DNA of 64,000 nt from Candidatus Poribacteria bacterium. GTDB lineage: Bacteria > Poribacteria > WGA-4E > JAJDTR01. The stretch lies in assembly GCA_965222225.1 (NCBI GenBank), contig CBDCTK010000002.1:2432001-2496000 (forward strand). The letters run 5' to 3'. A program made the position numbers and the translations under genes. Below the pieces are notes generated by a model. The model was given only the letters and a program-made list of their open reading frames with translations, did not search any database and was not told the DNA's origin. Shown one piece after another: positions 49,309 to 59,060 of this stretch. The stretch's first letter is position 1. The number at the start of each line of letters is the position of its first letter.

Positions 49309-49615
49309 CTATAGTCATTGCAATTAATAATTACACATCCTTGCGGGTAATAACATTCTTCTGTACCACAAGAGATCTCTATCGCACTCGCTATTCACTC
49401 GCTTGATCTGTTAGATTGTGGCATGCGCAAACTAACAGTTTGCGCTACGCGGAAGCGTTCGATTCTGTGGGTAATTAGATTCTTCTGTACCACAATTATA
49501 TAACCAATCTATCTATGTGCGAACACTCTCAATTTTTGCATGTCTTAGTGCATATCGTCATCGTTCATTAACATACAATCATAATATGTGTAAATATGAA
49601 TGTAAATGACTAAAA
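49309..49615. mobile_element. CTATAGTCAT-family MITE with REP hairpin, internal ~27-bp direct repeat and a micro-element (49373-49408)
   Basis: Right end matches the reverse complement of 3351-3380; GCGCAAACTAACAGTTTGCGCTAC hairpin; GGGTAAT...ATTCTTCTGTACCACAA at 49345 and 49469; insert reverse complement GATCAA GC GA GT GAATA GC GA GT GC G ATAG A GATCT. Confidence 0.7.
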
Positions 49616-49732
49616 GTTTGGAATCGACACTTTCCTTTTGTGATGTAACGGGTTAGAATCTTCAATGTTCGTCAAAGTTTGATTTCGCCGACATTCATGC
49701 CGAAATTGCCCCTGATAGAGAGGAATCTTTCC

Positions 49733-52042
49733 ATGTCTAAGAATTCATCGCTCAAGTTGCCAGTCGGCGACCATCCGACGCCCCTCGCGATGCCCCATTT
49801 CCCGGCGCCCCTGCACGCCGTCATCTGGCGCAACTGGGAACTGGCTCCTGTCGAACGTTTGGCCAAGGTACTCAGGGCGACGCCGGAGCAGGTCGAGGAG
49901 ATTGGGCGCTCAATGGGCCTGCCCGAGTCGCAGCCGATTTCGCCGGAAGTCTGGCGACGTAGCTATATCACCGTCATCCGGCGCAATTGGCACCTGCTGC
50001 CTTACGAGCAACTGCTGGAACTACTCGGCTGGACCGCGGATGAGATGGCCTACACGCTGCGGGAGGACGATTTCCTCTACATCAAGCTGGGAAGCCACAA
50101 ACCTAAATGCCCGCCCGTGCGCTACGCGCCACCGGACGAGGCGGCGCGGCAGAAAGCCGCGTGGATACGTGACTGCATAAAGGACCACTTCGGCGATGTC
50201 TGGACCGTTGCGCCGGAGCCGCGATTCGCATTTGTGCAAGACCTATCAGCACGTGTGGCGAAACCTTCTCCGCCACCCGCATATCCGTCCGAGGATGGTT
50301 TCAACATACGCTTTCTTTACTCCTACTTTGGCCTCTACGGCGATCCGCTTCTTAACCCAGAACTTGACCCGTATCCCGATGGCTACCTGGCCCGATTGGC
50401 GCAGCTGGGAGTCAACGGTGTCTGGTTGCAAGGAGTGCTCCACAAATTAGCTCCATGGTCGCCCCATCCCGAATTGAGCCAGGATTTCGAGTGGCGCCTG
50501 ACCAACCTGCGTCACCTGGTGGAACGCGCGCGACGACATGGCGTAGGGGTGTATCTCTACCTCAACGAGCCACGCGCCATGCCTCTATCTTTTTTTGAAG
50601 ACCATTCCGACTGGCGAGGCATAGCCGAGGGAGAGTATGCCGCCCTATGCACGAGTGTCCCGACAGTACAGGTGTTCCTGCGGGATGGGCTGACCCATGT
50701 CTTTGATCATGTACCGGACCTGGCAGGCGTGTTCACCATTTCAGCGTCGGAGAACCTGACTAACTGCTGGTCACACGGCCGTGGGGTCGACTGTCCACGA
50801 TGCGGCCAGCGCTCACCAGCTGACGTAATCGCCGAAGTCAATCGCCTGGTGGCCGAAGGTGTGCATCGCGCTCAACCCCAAGCACAGGTGATTGTTTGGG
50901 ACTGGGGTTGGGCTGATGAGTGGGCGACCGACGCCATTGATTTGTTGCCCCGCGATGTGTCGCTGATGAGCGTCAGCGAATGGAGTTTGCCGATTATACG
51001 CGGCGGCATCGCCAGCACAGTGGGTGAGTATTCCATCTCGTCTGTCGGACCGGGGCCGCGGGCAACCACACACTGGTCGGTCGCGCGGCAAGCGGGCCTG
51101 CCCACTGTGGCCAAGGTGCAGTTGAACAGCACTTGGGAGCTGTCGGCCGTGCCATATCTTCCCTGCATGGACCTGGTAGCCGAGCATCTGGAGAACCTGA
51201 CGCGGGCAGAGGTGAATAGGCTGATGCTCAGCTGGACGGTGGGTGGTTATCCTTCCCCTAACCTGGCGTTGGCTGCCCGCTACTGCGGCCAAACCGACGT
51301 CACGTCTGAGGATAATCTGGACGCGGTCGCGGAAGAATTCTATGGGTCTGTCCTCGCCCCGGTGGTGCGACAGTCCTGGACGAGGTGCAGCGAGGCATTC
51401 CGGGAATTCCCCTTTCATGTCGGCGTGGTCTACAAGGCTCCCGTTCAGGTCGGGCCGGCGAACCTGCTTTTTGACGCCCCGACCGGCTACCAAGCGACCA
51501 TGAGCGGTCTACCCTATGACGACCTGGTTGGTTGGCGAGCCATCTACCCGCCGGAGGTGTTCATCACTCAGATGGAGAAAGTCGCCACCGGTTGGCGGGA
51601 AGCGCTGGAGATACTACGTGCCGCCGCCCCACCTGTTCGTAGTCAATCGCACAGCGAGAGCGAGATTGTGTGCAGGTTAGACGACACCCCGCTTCATTCT
51701 ATGCCAGATTACAAACGGGTCGCTTTCGACGACCTCCTCCGCGTGATGGAAGCAGCCTACCTACATTTCCACAGCGTCGCCCAGCAGTCCCGTTTTGTGC
51801 TGGCCCGGAACTGTTTGGCAGAGGCAACGCATCTAGCGAAGCGGGAGGAACTCCGCGCGACCTTGGGCCATCTATTGATCGACGAGATCGCGGCGGCCCG
51901 TCAGCTCTTCGACCTGGTCACGGCCGACAGTCGAATCGGCTTTGAGTCGAGTAACCAATACTACTACACCCGCCTGGATCTGGCTGAAAAGGTACTCAAC
52001 TGCCTAGACTTGCGGCAGCGCTGGCTAGCAGAACATGGATAG
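49733..52042 (+). CDS. Hypothetical protein, possible glycoside-hydrolase-like TIM barrel
   Basis: Long ORF with AGAGGA RBS; GVNGVWL, YLYLNEP, ISASEN, VWDWGW motifs. Confidence 0.65.
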   Translation: MSKNSSLKLPVGDHPTPLAMPHFPAPLHAVIWRNWELAPVERLAKVLRATPEQVEEIGRSMGLPESQPISPEVWRRSYITVIRRNWHLLPYEQLLELLGWTADEMAYTLREDDFLYIKLGSHKPKCPPVRYAPPDEAARQKAAWIRDCIKDHFGDVWTVAPEPRFAFVQDLSARVAKPSPPPAYPSEDGFNIRFLYSYFGLYGDPLLNPELDPYPDGYLARLAQLGVNGVWLQGVLHKLAPWSPHPELSQDFEWRLTNLRHLVERARRHGVGVYLYLNEPRAMPLSFFEDHSDWRGIAEGEYAALCTSVPTVQVFLRDGLTHVFDHVPDLAGVFTISASENLTNCWSHGRGVDCPRCGQRSPADVIAEVNRLVAEGVHRAQPQAQVIVWDWGWADEWATDAIDLLPRDVSLMSVSEWSLPIIRGGIASTVGEYSISSVGPGPRATTHWSVARQAGLPTVAKVQLNSTWELSAVPYLPCMDLVAEHLENLTRAEVNRLMLSWTVGGYPSPNLALAARYCGQTDVTSEDNLDAVAEEFYGSVLAPVVRQSWTRCSEAFREFPFHVGVVYKAPVQVGPANLLFDAPTGYQATMSGLPYDDLVGWRAIYPPEVFITQMEKVATGWREALEILRAAAPPVRSQSHSESEIVCRLDDTPLHSMPDYKRVAFDDLLRVMEAAYLHFHSVAQQSRFVLARNCLAEATHLAKREELRATLGHLLIDEIAAARQLFDLVTADSRIGFESSNQYYYTRLDLAEKVLNCLDLRQRWLAEHG

Positions 52043-52946
52043 GAATCGGCCACAGATGCACAGAGAAGCAACCACATTCCATTGAATTTAGTGGAAAGCC
52101 GCCGCGACCTCCGAGCAGGTAGTCGCGCAGAGTAATCGCATCTTTTTTCTGGACAGCATAATGGTTAGACGTGCTCTAGCAGCACATATCACTGAGGGGG
52201 AATCACCGTGTTGGGGCTGATTGTTCCTGGGAAACAGATTCCATCCCGGCAAATTGAGATTAAAACCGACACGCGCCTTCGCTTTTTCGTTGAGGTGGTG
52301 TAATCGCCCCATTCAATTGACAGTATTTTATATCAAGCTGCCGTCGAAGACAAAAAAGCGTCCCAACTCGAGATGCTTGTTGCTGACCACGTTTGCGGCT
52401 TCATGGCTGAGGCCACCAAAGAGGACGAACATTTGGTCCAGCCCATGGATATAGAGGGGATCGAAAAGCGCGCTTTCTTGATTCCCATACGGATAAAGCT
52501 GAGGGTTGCAGGTTACAATTCACGCTGTTGCGATGCCTTGAACTACTGATTCGTACGCGAACTTGAGCAGGGCGATCCCTATCGATTCAATAATCAGCCC
52601 ACCAAAGATGATGCTTCATAGTGACCGTTGCTGTAAGGGCAGGATTTTTTCCCTGCCCCATAAGGAGTCGTCAAGGGTTTTACGACGGGAATCCCAGCAA
52701 TACGAGACGTACTCTCTAAAGTTGGTTCCTTTGCAGGCTCTATATTTGCTACGCAGGTGTGAACTCAATGCTGCGATTGTTGAGCGATTGAATTTTAGTA
52801 ATGTGCTTGAGTATCCCCAACAAGGTGCCATGCAACAGATTCCATGTTGGGGCATTGTCTGCGGTGACAGGTTGCGGCAGTAGATGCGTCCTGTCGGTCT
52901 TTGCGCATTGCTGGCTGAGAGAAGAATGTCCTTCAAAATGTGAACC

Positions 52947-54896
52947 ATGCCTACAATTTCTCCACCACCATCGTCAGAATCCCGCCCTTCACAAGAAAGA
53001 GGAAAAGATATAGGTATTAAGGCTATCGGTTTGGGTATTCTGCTGATTCCTCTGAATATCTATTGGATCGTGCGACTCGAGGTCGTCGGATTTTCTTACC
53101 CAACCCTGGTTGTCCCGTTTACTAACGTCATCTTCCTATTCTTTATCCTCTTGTTTCTCAATCTTGCTTCAGGAAAGGTCCTTGGAAGAAGGTTTCTGAA
53201 TCAAGGAGAGCTTATCACGGTTTACGTCATGCTGAACATATCTTCAGCAATCGCCTCCACAGATATGCTCCAGGTTCTCGTCTCGACTATGGGGCATGCC
53301 TTTTACTTCGCAACGCCAGAAAACGAATGGAAGGAGCTTTTCTGGGACCACCTACCCCGTTGGCTTGTGGTACATGATGAAGCTGCACTTGAAGGCTTTT
53401 ATAACGGCGGAACCAGTTTCTACTCTTGGCAGAACGTAAAGGCATGGCTCCTGCCCGCATTGGTCTGGCTCTGCTTTATCGTCGTTCTTATCTTCATGAT
53501 GATTTGTCTCTGCAGTATTCTGCGCAGGCAGTGGACGGAGCGGGAAAAACTCACATATCCCGTGATCCGCCTCCCTCTAGAAATGTCGGAGCAGAAGTTC
53601 ACGTTTTTCAACAACAAGCTGATGTGGGTGGGATTCATAATCGCGGCTCTCATAAGCCTTATAAATGGTCTCGGGTTTTTCTTCCCCGCCGTGCCAGAAA
53701 TTCCAGTGAAACACAGAACAATCTCACATCTTTTCACCGAAAGACCTTGGAATCTGATGGGAGGCGTGGATCTCGCGTTTTATCCCTTCGTCGTAGGTGT
53801 GAGCTTTCTCATCCCGTTAGACCTTCTATTTTCATGCTGGATTTTCTTCTGGTATTATAAGGCAGAACTTATGTTCGGGGGGCTTATGGGTTACATGAAC
53901 TTGCCGAGATTCCCGTACCAGAGTGACCAGGCCTTTGGAGCGGTTATTAGTATCGTGCTTTTCACTCTTTGGAGGGGGAGGGCGCACTTGAAAAATGTGG
54001 TTTCAGGAATTTCGGGCCCAAAATCTGAAGCGGATGTCGATGAGCCTTTGCCTTACACATTTGCCGTCTTAGGATTTATATCCGGATTTTTCCTTCTTTC
54101 CATTTTCTCATCAAGGATAGGAATGAAGTTTTTAATTGTTCCAGTCTTTTTTGTGGCTTACTTTCTACTTGCGACGTTCATCACGCGAATGAGGGCAGAA
54201 ATTGGGCTCTGCGTACATTACATGGGGCATATTGAACCGAGGAAGATGATCACAGAGGAGCTCGGGACGAAATCTCTTGGAAGGGGAACCCTTACGGTTT
54301 TCGCCCTTTACAGCTTCTTCAACAGAGCATATAGGAGCCATCCGATGCCACATCAGCTTGAGGGATTCAAGCTGGCAAGTTCGTCAGGAATACGACTGCG
54401 GAGGCTTTCGTTGGCGATGCTTATCGCCGCTGCTCTCACGGTGTTAGTGGGATTTTGGGAGTATTTGCACATTTACTACAATTTTGGCGTTACATCCGGC
54501 TATTTCGGTCTTTGGATTGTAGGGTTTGGAAACGAGACTTTTTTTGGACTTCAAAACTGGATATACTATCCGACAGGAACCGACTGGGTAGGGGTCTCAT
54601 TCATGGGAATAGGGTTTCTGATATCATCTATCCTCATGTTCCTGCGTATCAGGTTCCTCTGGTTTCCCTTTCATCCACTCGGCTATGCGATGGCTGGTGA
54701 CTTGGGGATGTTTTGGTGCCCTTTCTTTGCGAGCTTTGTTCTGAAATGGATAATCCTCAAATACGGGGGACTAAAGCTATATCGAAGAGCCGTCCCATTC
54801 TTCTTAGGGCTTATGCTTGGAGATTTATTCATTGGAAGCGTTTGGAGCATCATCGGAATTGCAATGGACAGAACGATATACTCGCTTTTTCCTTAA
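52947..54896 (+). CDS. Polytopic membrane protein (DUF6785/DUF6784-like, putative transporter)
   Basis: Many TM helices; RRQWTEREKLTYP, RMRAEIG, WFPFHPLGY, KYGGLKLYRRAVPFFLG. Confidence 0.75.
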   Translation: MPTISPPPSSESRPSQERGKDIGIKAIGLGILLIPLNIYWIVRLEVVGFSYPTLVVPFTNVIFLFFILLFLNLASGKVLGRRFLNQGELITVYVMLNISSAIASTDMLQVLVSTMGHAFYFATPENEWKELFWDHLPRWLVVHDEAALEGFYNGGTSFYSWQNVKAWLLPALVWLCFIVVLIFMMICLCSILRRQWTEREKLTYPVIRLPLEMSEQKFTFFNNKLMWVGFIIAALISLINGLGFFFPAVPEIPVKHRTISHLFTERPWNLMGGVDLAFYPFVVGVSFLIPLDLLFSCWIFFWYYKAELMFGGLMGYMNLPRFPYQSDQAFGAVISIVLFTLWRGRAHLKNVVSGISGPKSEADVDEPLPYTFAVLGFISGFFLLSIFSSRIGMKFLIVPVFFVAYFLLATFITRMRAEIGLCVHYMGHIEPRKMITEELGTKSLGRGTLTVFALYSFFNRAYRSHPMPHQLEGFKLASSSGIRLRRLSLAMLIAAALTVLVGFWEYLHIYYNFGVTSGYFGLWIVGFGNETFFGLQNWIYYPTGTDWVGVSFMGIGFLISSILMFLRIRFLWFPFHPLGYAMAGDLGMFWCPFFASFVLKWIILKYGGLKLYRRAVPFFLGLMLGDLFIGSVWSIIGIAMDRTIYSLFP

Positions 54897-55137
54897 CCGC
54901 AATGAGCGCACTAGGGACTACCGGGCGCATTTGAATGAAAACGAATGGTATCCAGAGTATTTATAGAGGATTCCGTTGCTATCCACTAGCGATCTGTCGC
55001 TTCTGCTTGAAAAAAATATCAACAAATCCATTGCCAATAATGGAGATGAGTTCGAGCAAGGTTTAGCTTCCTCATTGTTTGTGTTCATGGTGAGCAAGCC
55101 ACAATTGGTATTTCTAATCCTGTCGCGATATCTCCTT

Positions 55138-57672
55138 TCATTCAAATTTGACGACTACCATCTTCCAGAACAACACCTGAGGTATTGTAACAGAGGCTTT
55201 GCCTTTGGAAATGTTAATCTTCAGAGGAACAGCCTGTGTTTTTGCCTTCTTACCCCAGGTCCAGGATTCACACGAGAGAGCCCAGGCATCCGCCTTCGTG
55301 CTGTTCTCAGGTAGCTCGACCTCGACTACGACATTCTTCACAGGATCCCGGAAACAGCAGCTCGGATCTCCTTCAATCTCTTCCGCTACCGGCGGATTGA
55401 TCAAGTGTATCACCAAATGGTCTTCCTCCTTTGATGAGAGGCGATAAACACTCTTCTTCCACCAGATGGGTTCATCCGATGTCATGCTCACGATTCCCTC
55501 TGGCTGATCTACCCGCCTCAGGTCGTTATCGTAGACAAAGCGGCCAAAACGCACCGCGAACTGGTTACGGTTTCCGGTAGGGAAACAAGAGTTCAAATAT
55601 GCTGACGAAACTACGGGATGGCCCCTTGTCGCAAGCGACACAATACCTCCATAGATATCATCGGGAGGGTATTTCCATCCACCTATGTACGGATGGTAAT
55701 GTCCTCCTAGCTTCGTGACCAGCTCACCTTCATCGGAGATCACTGAATAGAAGTTCCGCCAGATGTTATACGGTTCCTTTTTGCTCCTGATGTCATCCCA
55801 GGGAACTTCCAATCGATTGTACCACTGCGAGAACTCATTCAGCATCCATCCACCATCACGACACATCTCTTCCGTGAGTCTTAGGTCACGGTTCAACTCC
55901 GCCCAGGAACTATAATTGTAGCCCCATACAAGATTGGGCAGCTCCTTCGCCACTTTGAACTTCAGGCGCCTGAATATTGTCAACGTCTGCTCTATGGCTT
56001 CCTCAACAGTGGTGTTCAGTGGGTTGCCCCAAAAGTCGTAATAGGGAACGTACGGCCAAGCGAAATCAGCCGTGTACACCCCCATTCTGCCATCCCAGCG
56101 TATCCCATCCCATCCAAACATCTTCACCGAGGCGATAATCTGCTTCGCAACGTGATCCACCACCTCGGGTAACTTATGGTTGGGCATGATAGATCCCTTA
56201 CTCAACGGGATATTCAACTTTGCAACGTCTGACTCCATTCGCTTCCAATAAGCCCTGTACCTAACCCAGTCCGCCTGGGTTCCCTGCCAATCTGGCGAAT
56301 CTGGGTCAACATATCCATCATACCCAGACTGCTCAAGTGATTCCCAAAAGCGGGCCAGCCTCTCCATAGCATCAGGCTGGTAGTTGACATGAAAATCGCC
56401 GGCTCGCTTTTCGTATATGCTCCTATTGTACGCGTCTTGTACGTTTTCAAGGTTTTCAGAGGTTCCCGGGGCATGATAAATAAACCACTCCGGCTTTTCC
56501 CTAATCAGCTTCATTAGGTAAGGGCCACCCCACGCGTAAGGACTGAGATAGAGGGTTACACCAATCCCGTGCTTCTTCAAGGCAGTTACAGCATATCTCA
56601 TTTCATGCTTACTGACCATCCACCCAGCTTGGTTGTCAAACCACACCGGCTCTGTGGGAGCCATATAGAGCAGTTCTTCAGGCATCCGTCCCAGTTCTAC
56701 ATTAGTGCAATAACCCTTCTGCCGTCTTCCTATTTCTACACACGCCAATATCTCCTCATCAGAATGGCCACCACCCATAGTAATAGCGTGGTGCCAGTAG
56801 ATAATGGGCTCGGGGGGCTCTACATCAAAACCACTACTCTGGCTGACCGCCCATATGTTGTCATGTACGGTGAAGAATTCACTCATCTGGTCAAGGACTT
56901 TCCCATCTTGCTCTAACGTTGCCCGAACTTCGTAACCCCACTTGTCGTTAAGTTCGCTGAGCGGAAATTTGACGTCCAGGGCGCTTCCAGGCTCTATCTC
57001 CACCGTCCTTTCACCAATCGACCTGCGCTTTCCCAGGTCATGAAAGAGTTCGAGGCTCAAGTCGACCTTCTCCGCTTGCGCGGATACACTTTCCAGGGAG
57101 ACAGTAACATCTCCGGTCTGGCCTGGAACATACCTGACACGATCTGGCCATACCGCTTTCAGTCGGGCCGGCGTTACATCGCCTTGCCGAATAAGATCAA
57201 TGGCATCGAGGTAGAGAGTGGGAGTTCCTTCTTTACCGCTCCAGTGCATGGATATCTCAAGAGGAGTTCCCCCCAATTCACACGCCAAAACAAAATCCTG
57301 ATAGCCATTTTTCCATTTCAAATCGTAACCATAAACTACGTCGTAGTGTGCGATTTCTCCACCTTCGCGCACTTCTATCCGCCACCCTTTACCAAGGTCA
57401 AACAGATTCTCTGCCTTAAGTCTGAAAGAGAGCTGATATTTGCCGGGATTGAGAGATTCGGAGAACCGGAGAAGGATTATTTCTTTCCCTTCAATTTCAG
57501 ATGATATCTGAAGCGCTCTCCCACCGGATGCATCTGCATCACGCACAATTCTTACCTTTTGATGTCGAAACACTTCGCGGGCTTCAGCTTCTATGCGCCA
57601 ACGCTCTTCCGTCTCTGCTTGCAGGGATATCAATAAAGGCATTACCATAATGATGTGGACTAGCTCAGGCAT
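55138..57672 (-). CDS. Large secreted hypothetical protein, GH66-like C-terminal architecture
   Basis: N-terminal hydrophobic segment, CBM-like domain (IEAE...DADASGG), Ig-like domain, GWDGIRWD, VIHLINPP, TIPQVLFWKMVV. Confidence 0.6.
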   Translation of the reverse strand: MPELVHIIMVMPLLISLQAETEERWRIEAEAREVFRHQKVRIVRDADASGGRALQISSEIEGKEIILLRFSESLNPGKYQLSFRLKAENLFDLGKGWRIEVREGGEIAHYDVVYGYDLKWKNGYQDFVLACELGGTPLEISMHWSGKEGTPTLYLDAIDLIRQGDVTPARLKAVWPDRVRYVPGQTGDVTVSLESVSAQAEKVDLSLELFHDLGKRRSIGERTVEIEPGSALDVKFPLSELNDKWGYEVRATLEQDGKVLDQMSEFFTVHDNIWAVSQSSGFDVEPPEPIIYWHHAITMGGGHSDEEILACVEIGRRQKGYCTNVELGRMPEELLYMAPTEPVWFDNQAGWMVSKHEMRYAVTALKKHGIGVTLYLSPYAWGGPYLMKLIREKPEWFIYHAPGTSENLENVQDAYNRSIYEKRAGDFHVNYQPDAMERLARFWESLEQSGYDGYVDPDSPDWQGTQADWVRYRAYWKRMESDVAKLNIPLSKGSIMPNHKLPEVVDHVAKQIIASVKMFGWDGIRWDGRMGVYTADFAWPYVPYYDFWGNPLNTTVEEAIEQTLTIFRRLKFKVAKELPNLVWGYNYSSWAELNRDLRLTEEMCRDGGWMLNEFSQWYNRLEVPWDDIRSKKEPYNIWRNFYSVISDEGELVTKLGGHYHPYIGGWKYPPDDIYGGIVSLATRGHPVVSSAYLNSCFPTGNRNQFAVRFGRFVYDNDLRRVDQPEGIVSMTSDEPIWWKKSVYRLSSKEEDHLVIHLINPPVAEEIEGDPSCCFRDPVKNVVVEVELPENSTKADAWALSCESWTWGKKAKTQAVPLKINISKGKASVTIPQVLFWKMVVVKFE

Positions 57673-58023
57673 CGCTTACCTCCTCATTGTCTAAGAGTGT
57701 GTGAAAAGCCCAACGAACCTTTCGGCACGTTCATATTGCCGCGGGTATTTTGAAAAATGTGCATTAGTCCATTGGATGGTTCACATACTCTGCTGGTGAA
57801 TTGCCAAGACCGTTGGTCGAGGCTTGGTTTTGGCGTGAGTTCAGCGAAACGGCAATCTAAGCGGAACGAGAAACAGTTGTCAGAACTTACCATCTTCTTG
57901 ATTATTACAGTAGTCTGAAGAATGAGATTGTTTCATGCTCAAAATAGTTGCAAATTGGCTTTGTAACCCGGCGACGGTTGGCAGAGCACCGCTTTTCATA
58001 TGCCCTATAAGCGCAAGATCGTA

Positions 58024-58779
58024 TCATAATTTATGTTCACGGTGAGCGAGCCAGTACAAAACCTTACTCAACAATTCCGGCCAATTCTGCCACCTGTAGA
58101 ACATCGTTTTCCATTCCGGCGCTGTTCCATAGGGTGTGCCCACAAAGCAGGCAACCCTACCGCCTCCGAATTCACCGGATACCAGAAACGGTTTCTCTCC
58201 AGCACGGATAGTGACATCGCCTCCGGTGCGGACCTGGACACGGTGAATGAACGGTGAAACCAAATGTGTTGGCAATGTTACATCAGCAATAATCGGATTT
58301 TCCCCCGGAGCAAGTATTCCCTCAACCCGTTCTATATCAAAAGGTGTGTCGGCTATCTCTAATGGGAGAACCTCATCCAGAACTGAACCCCGGATTCCAC
58401 TTGCACCATAAGCAACTTTTCCTCCCAGTATCAGAAACCCTTTCCCTTCTCTTATCGCATCCCTTAAAAGCTGAAGCTGTTCTGTATCGAGAATCCTTAC
58501 GCTTGTGTTCACAAAGACGATTACATCAATATGCTGTAACTCTTCCCAGCTCCTGGGAAAGTTCTCTATCTTTAGGTGATGCTGGTTGTAGTAGAGGTGG
58601 ATCACTTCGAGCCCTTGTGTCACTTGTTCCACCTTGTAGAGATACCCTAACAACCCTTTTACGAGCAGTATCCGGAGCGGAGCACCCGTGGTTCTTTTTT
58701 GCTCTCCGGCGTTCCGTGACCATACGTGGGATGCAACAAGCGCGAACAGAATGCTACAGATAATAACCTGTTTCAACAC
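58024..58779 (-). CDS. Secreted class I glutamine amidotransferase-like (DUF1355-type) protein
   Basis: Signal peptide, DVIVFVN, GKGFLILGG, LDEVLPL, FGGGRVACF. Confidence 0.65.
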   Translation of the reverse strand: MLKQVIICSILFALVASHVWSRNAGEQKRTTGAPLRILLVKGLLGYLYKVEQVTQGLEVIHLYYNQHHLKIENFPRSWEELQHIDVIVFVNTSVRILDTEQLQLLRDAIREGKGFLILGGKVAYGASGIRGSVLDEVLPLEIADTPFDIERVEGILAPGENPIIADVTLPTHLVSPFIHRVQVRTGGDVTIRAGEKPFLVSGEFGGGRVACFVGTPYGTAPEWKTMFYRWQNWPELLSKVLYWLAHREHKL

Positions 58780-59060
58780 AATTTTCTCCTCCCGTTAAAT
58801 TATTCGACAATGCCCAAATGAAAGATGACGGCTCTGAAAATGCGAACAAGGTGCTTTTCCCATATGGAAGTTTACCTTTAGCCCAAATCTTTGTGTGCGT
58901 AGAAAAATGAGACCCGTTGGGTAAAGGTATGTAACTTTATGAGGAGTCGTCATTATTCCGAATAACGAGAATTCTGGCGCAGATTTCCCAATCTGCGAGA
59001 CTCAGCAACGTCACGATTGGATCTCGATTTTCATCAGCGGCTCATAGTGGCTGTCTTGCT

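Noticed and set aside
16695-49408. Micro-element variation as DGR adenine mutagenesis or integron attC sites
   Set aside because: Adenines are largely the conserved positions on the structured strand and the variation is compensatory. There is no RT or integrase, no RYYYAAC/GTTRRRY ends and no cassette arrangement.
52088-52946. Short ORFs between the 49733 gene and the membrane protein
   Set aside because: No coherent protein signal in any frame; possibly decayed sequence.
54968-54994. Degenerate micro-element (GGATTCCGTTGCTATCCACTAGCGATC)
   Set aside because: Only a partial match, with the wrong length and missing conserved blocks.
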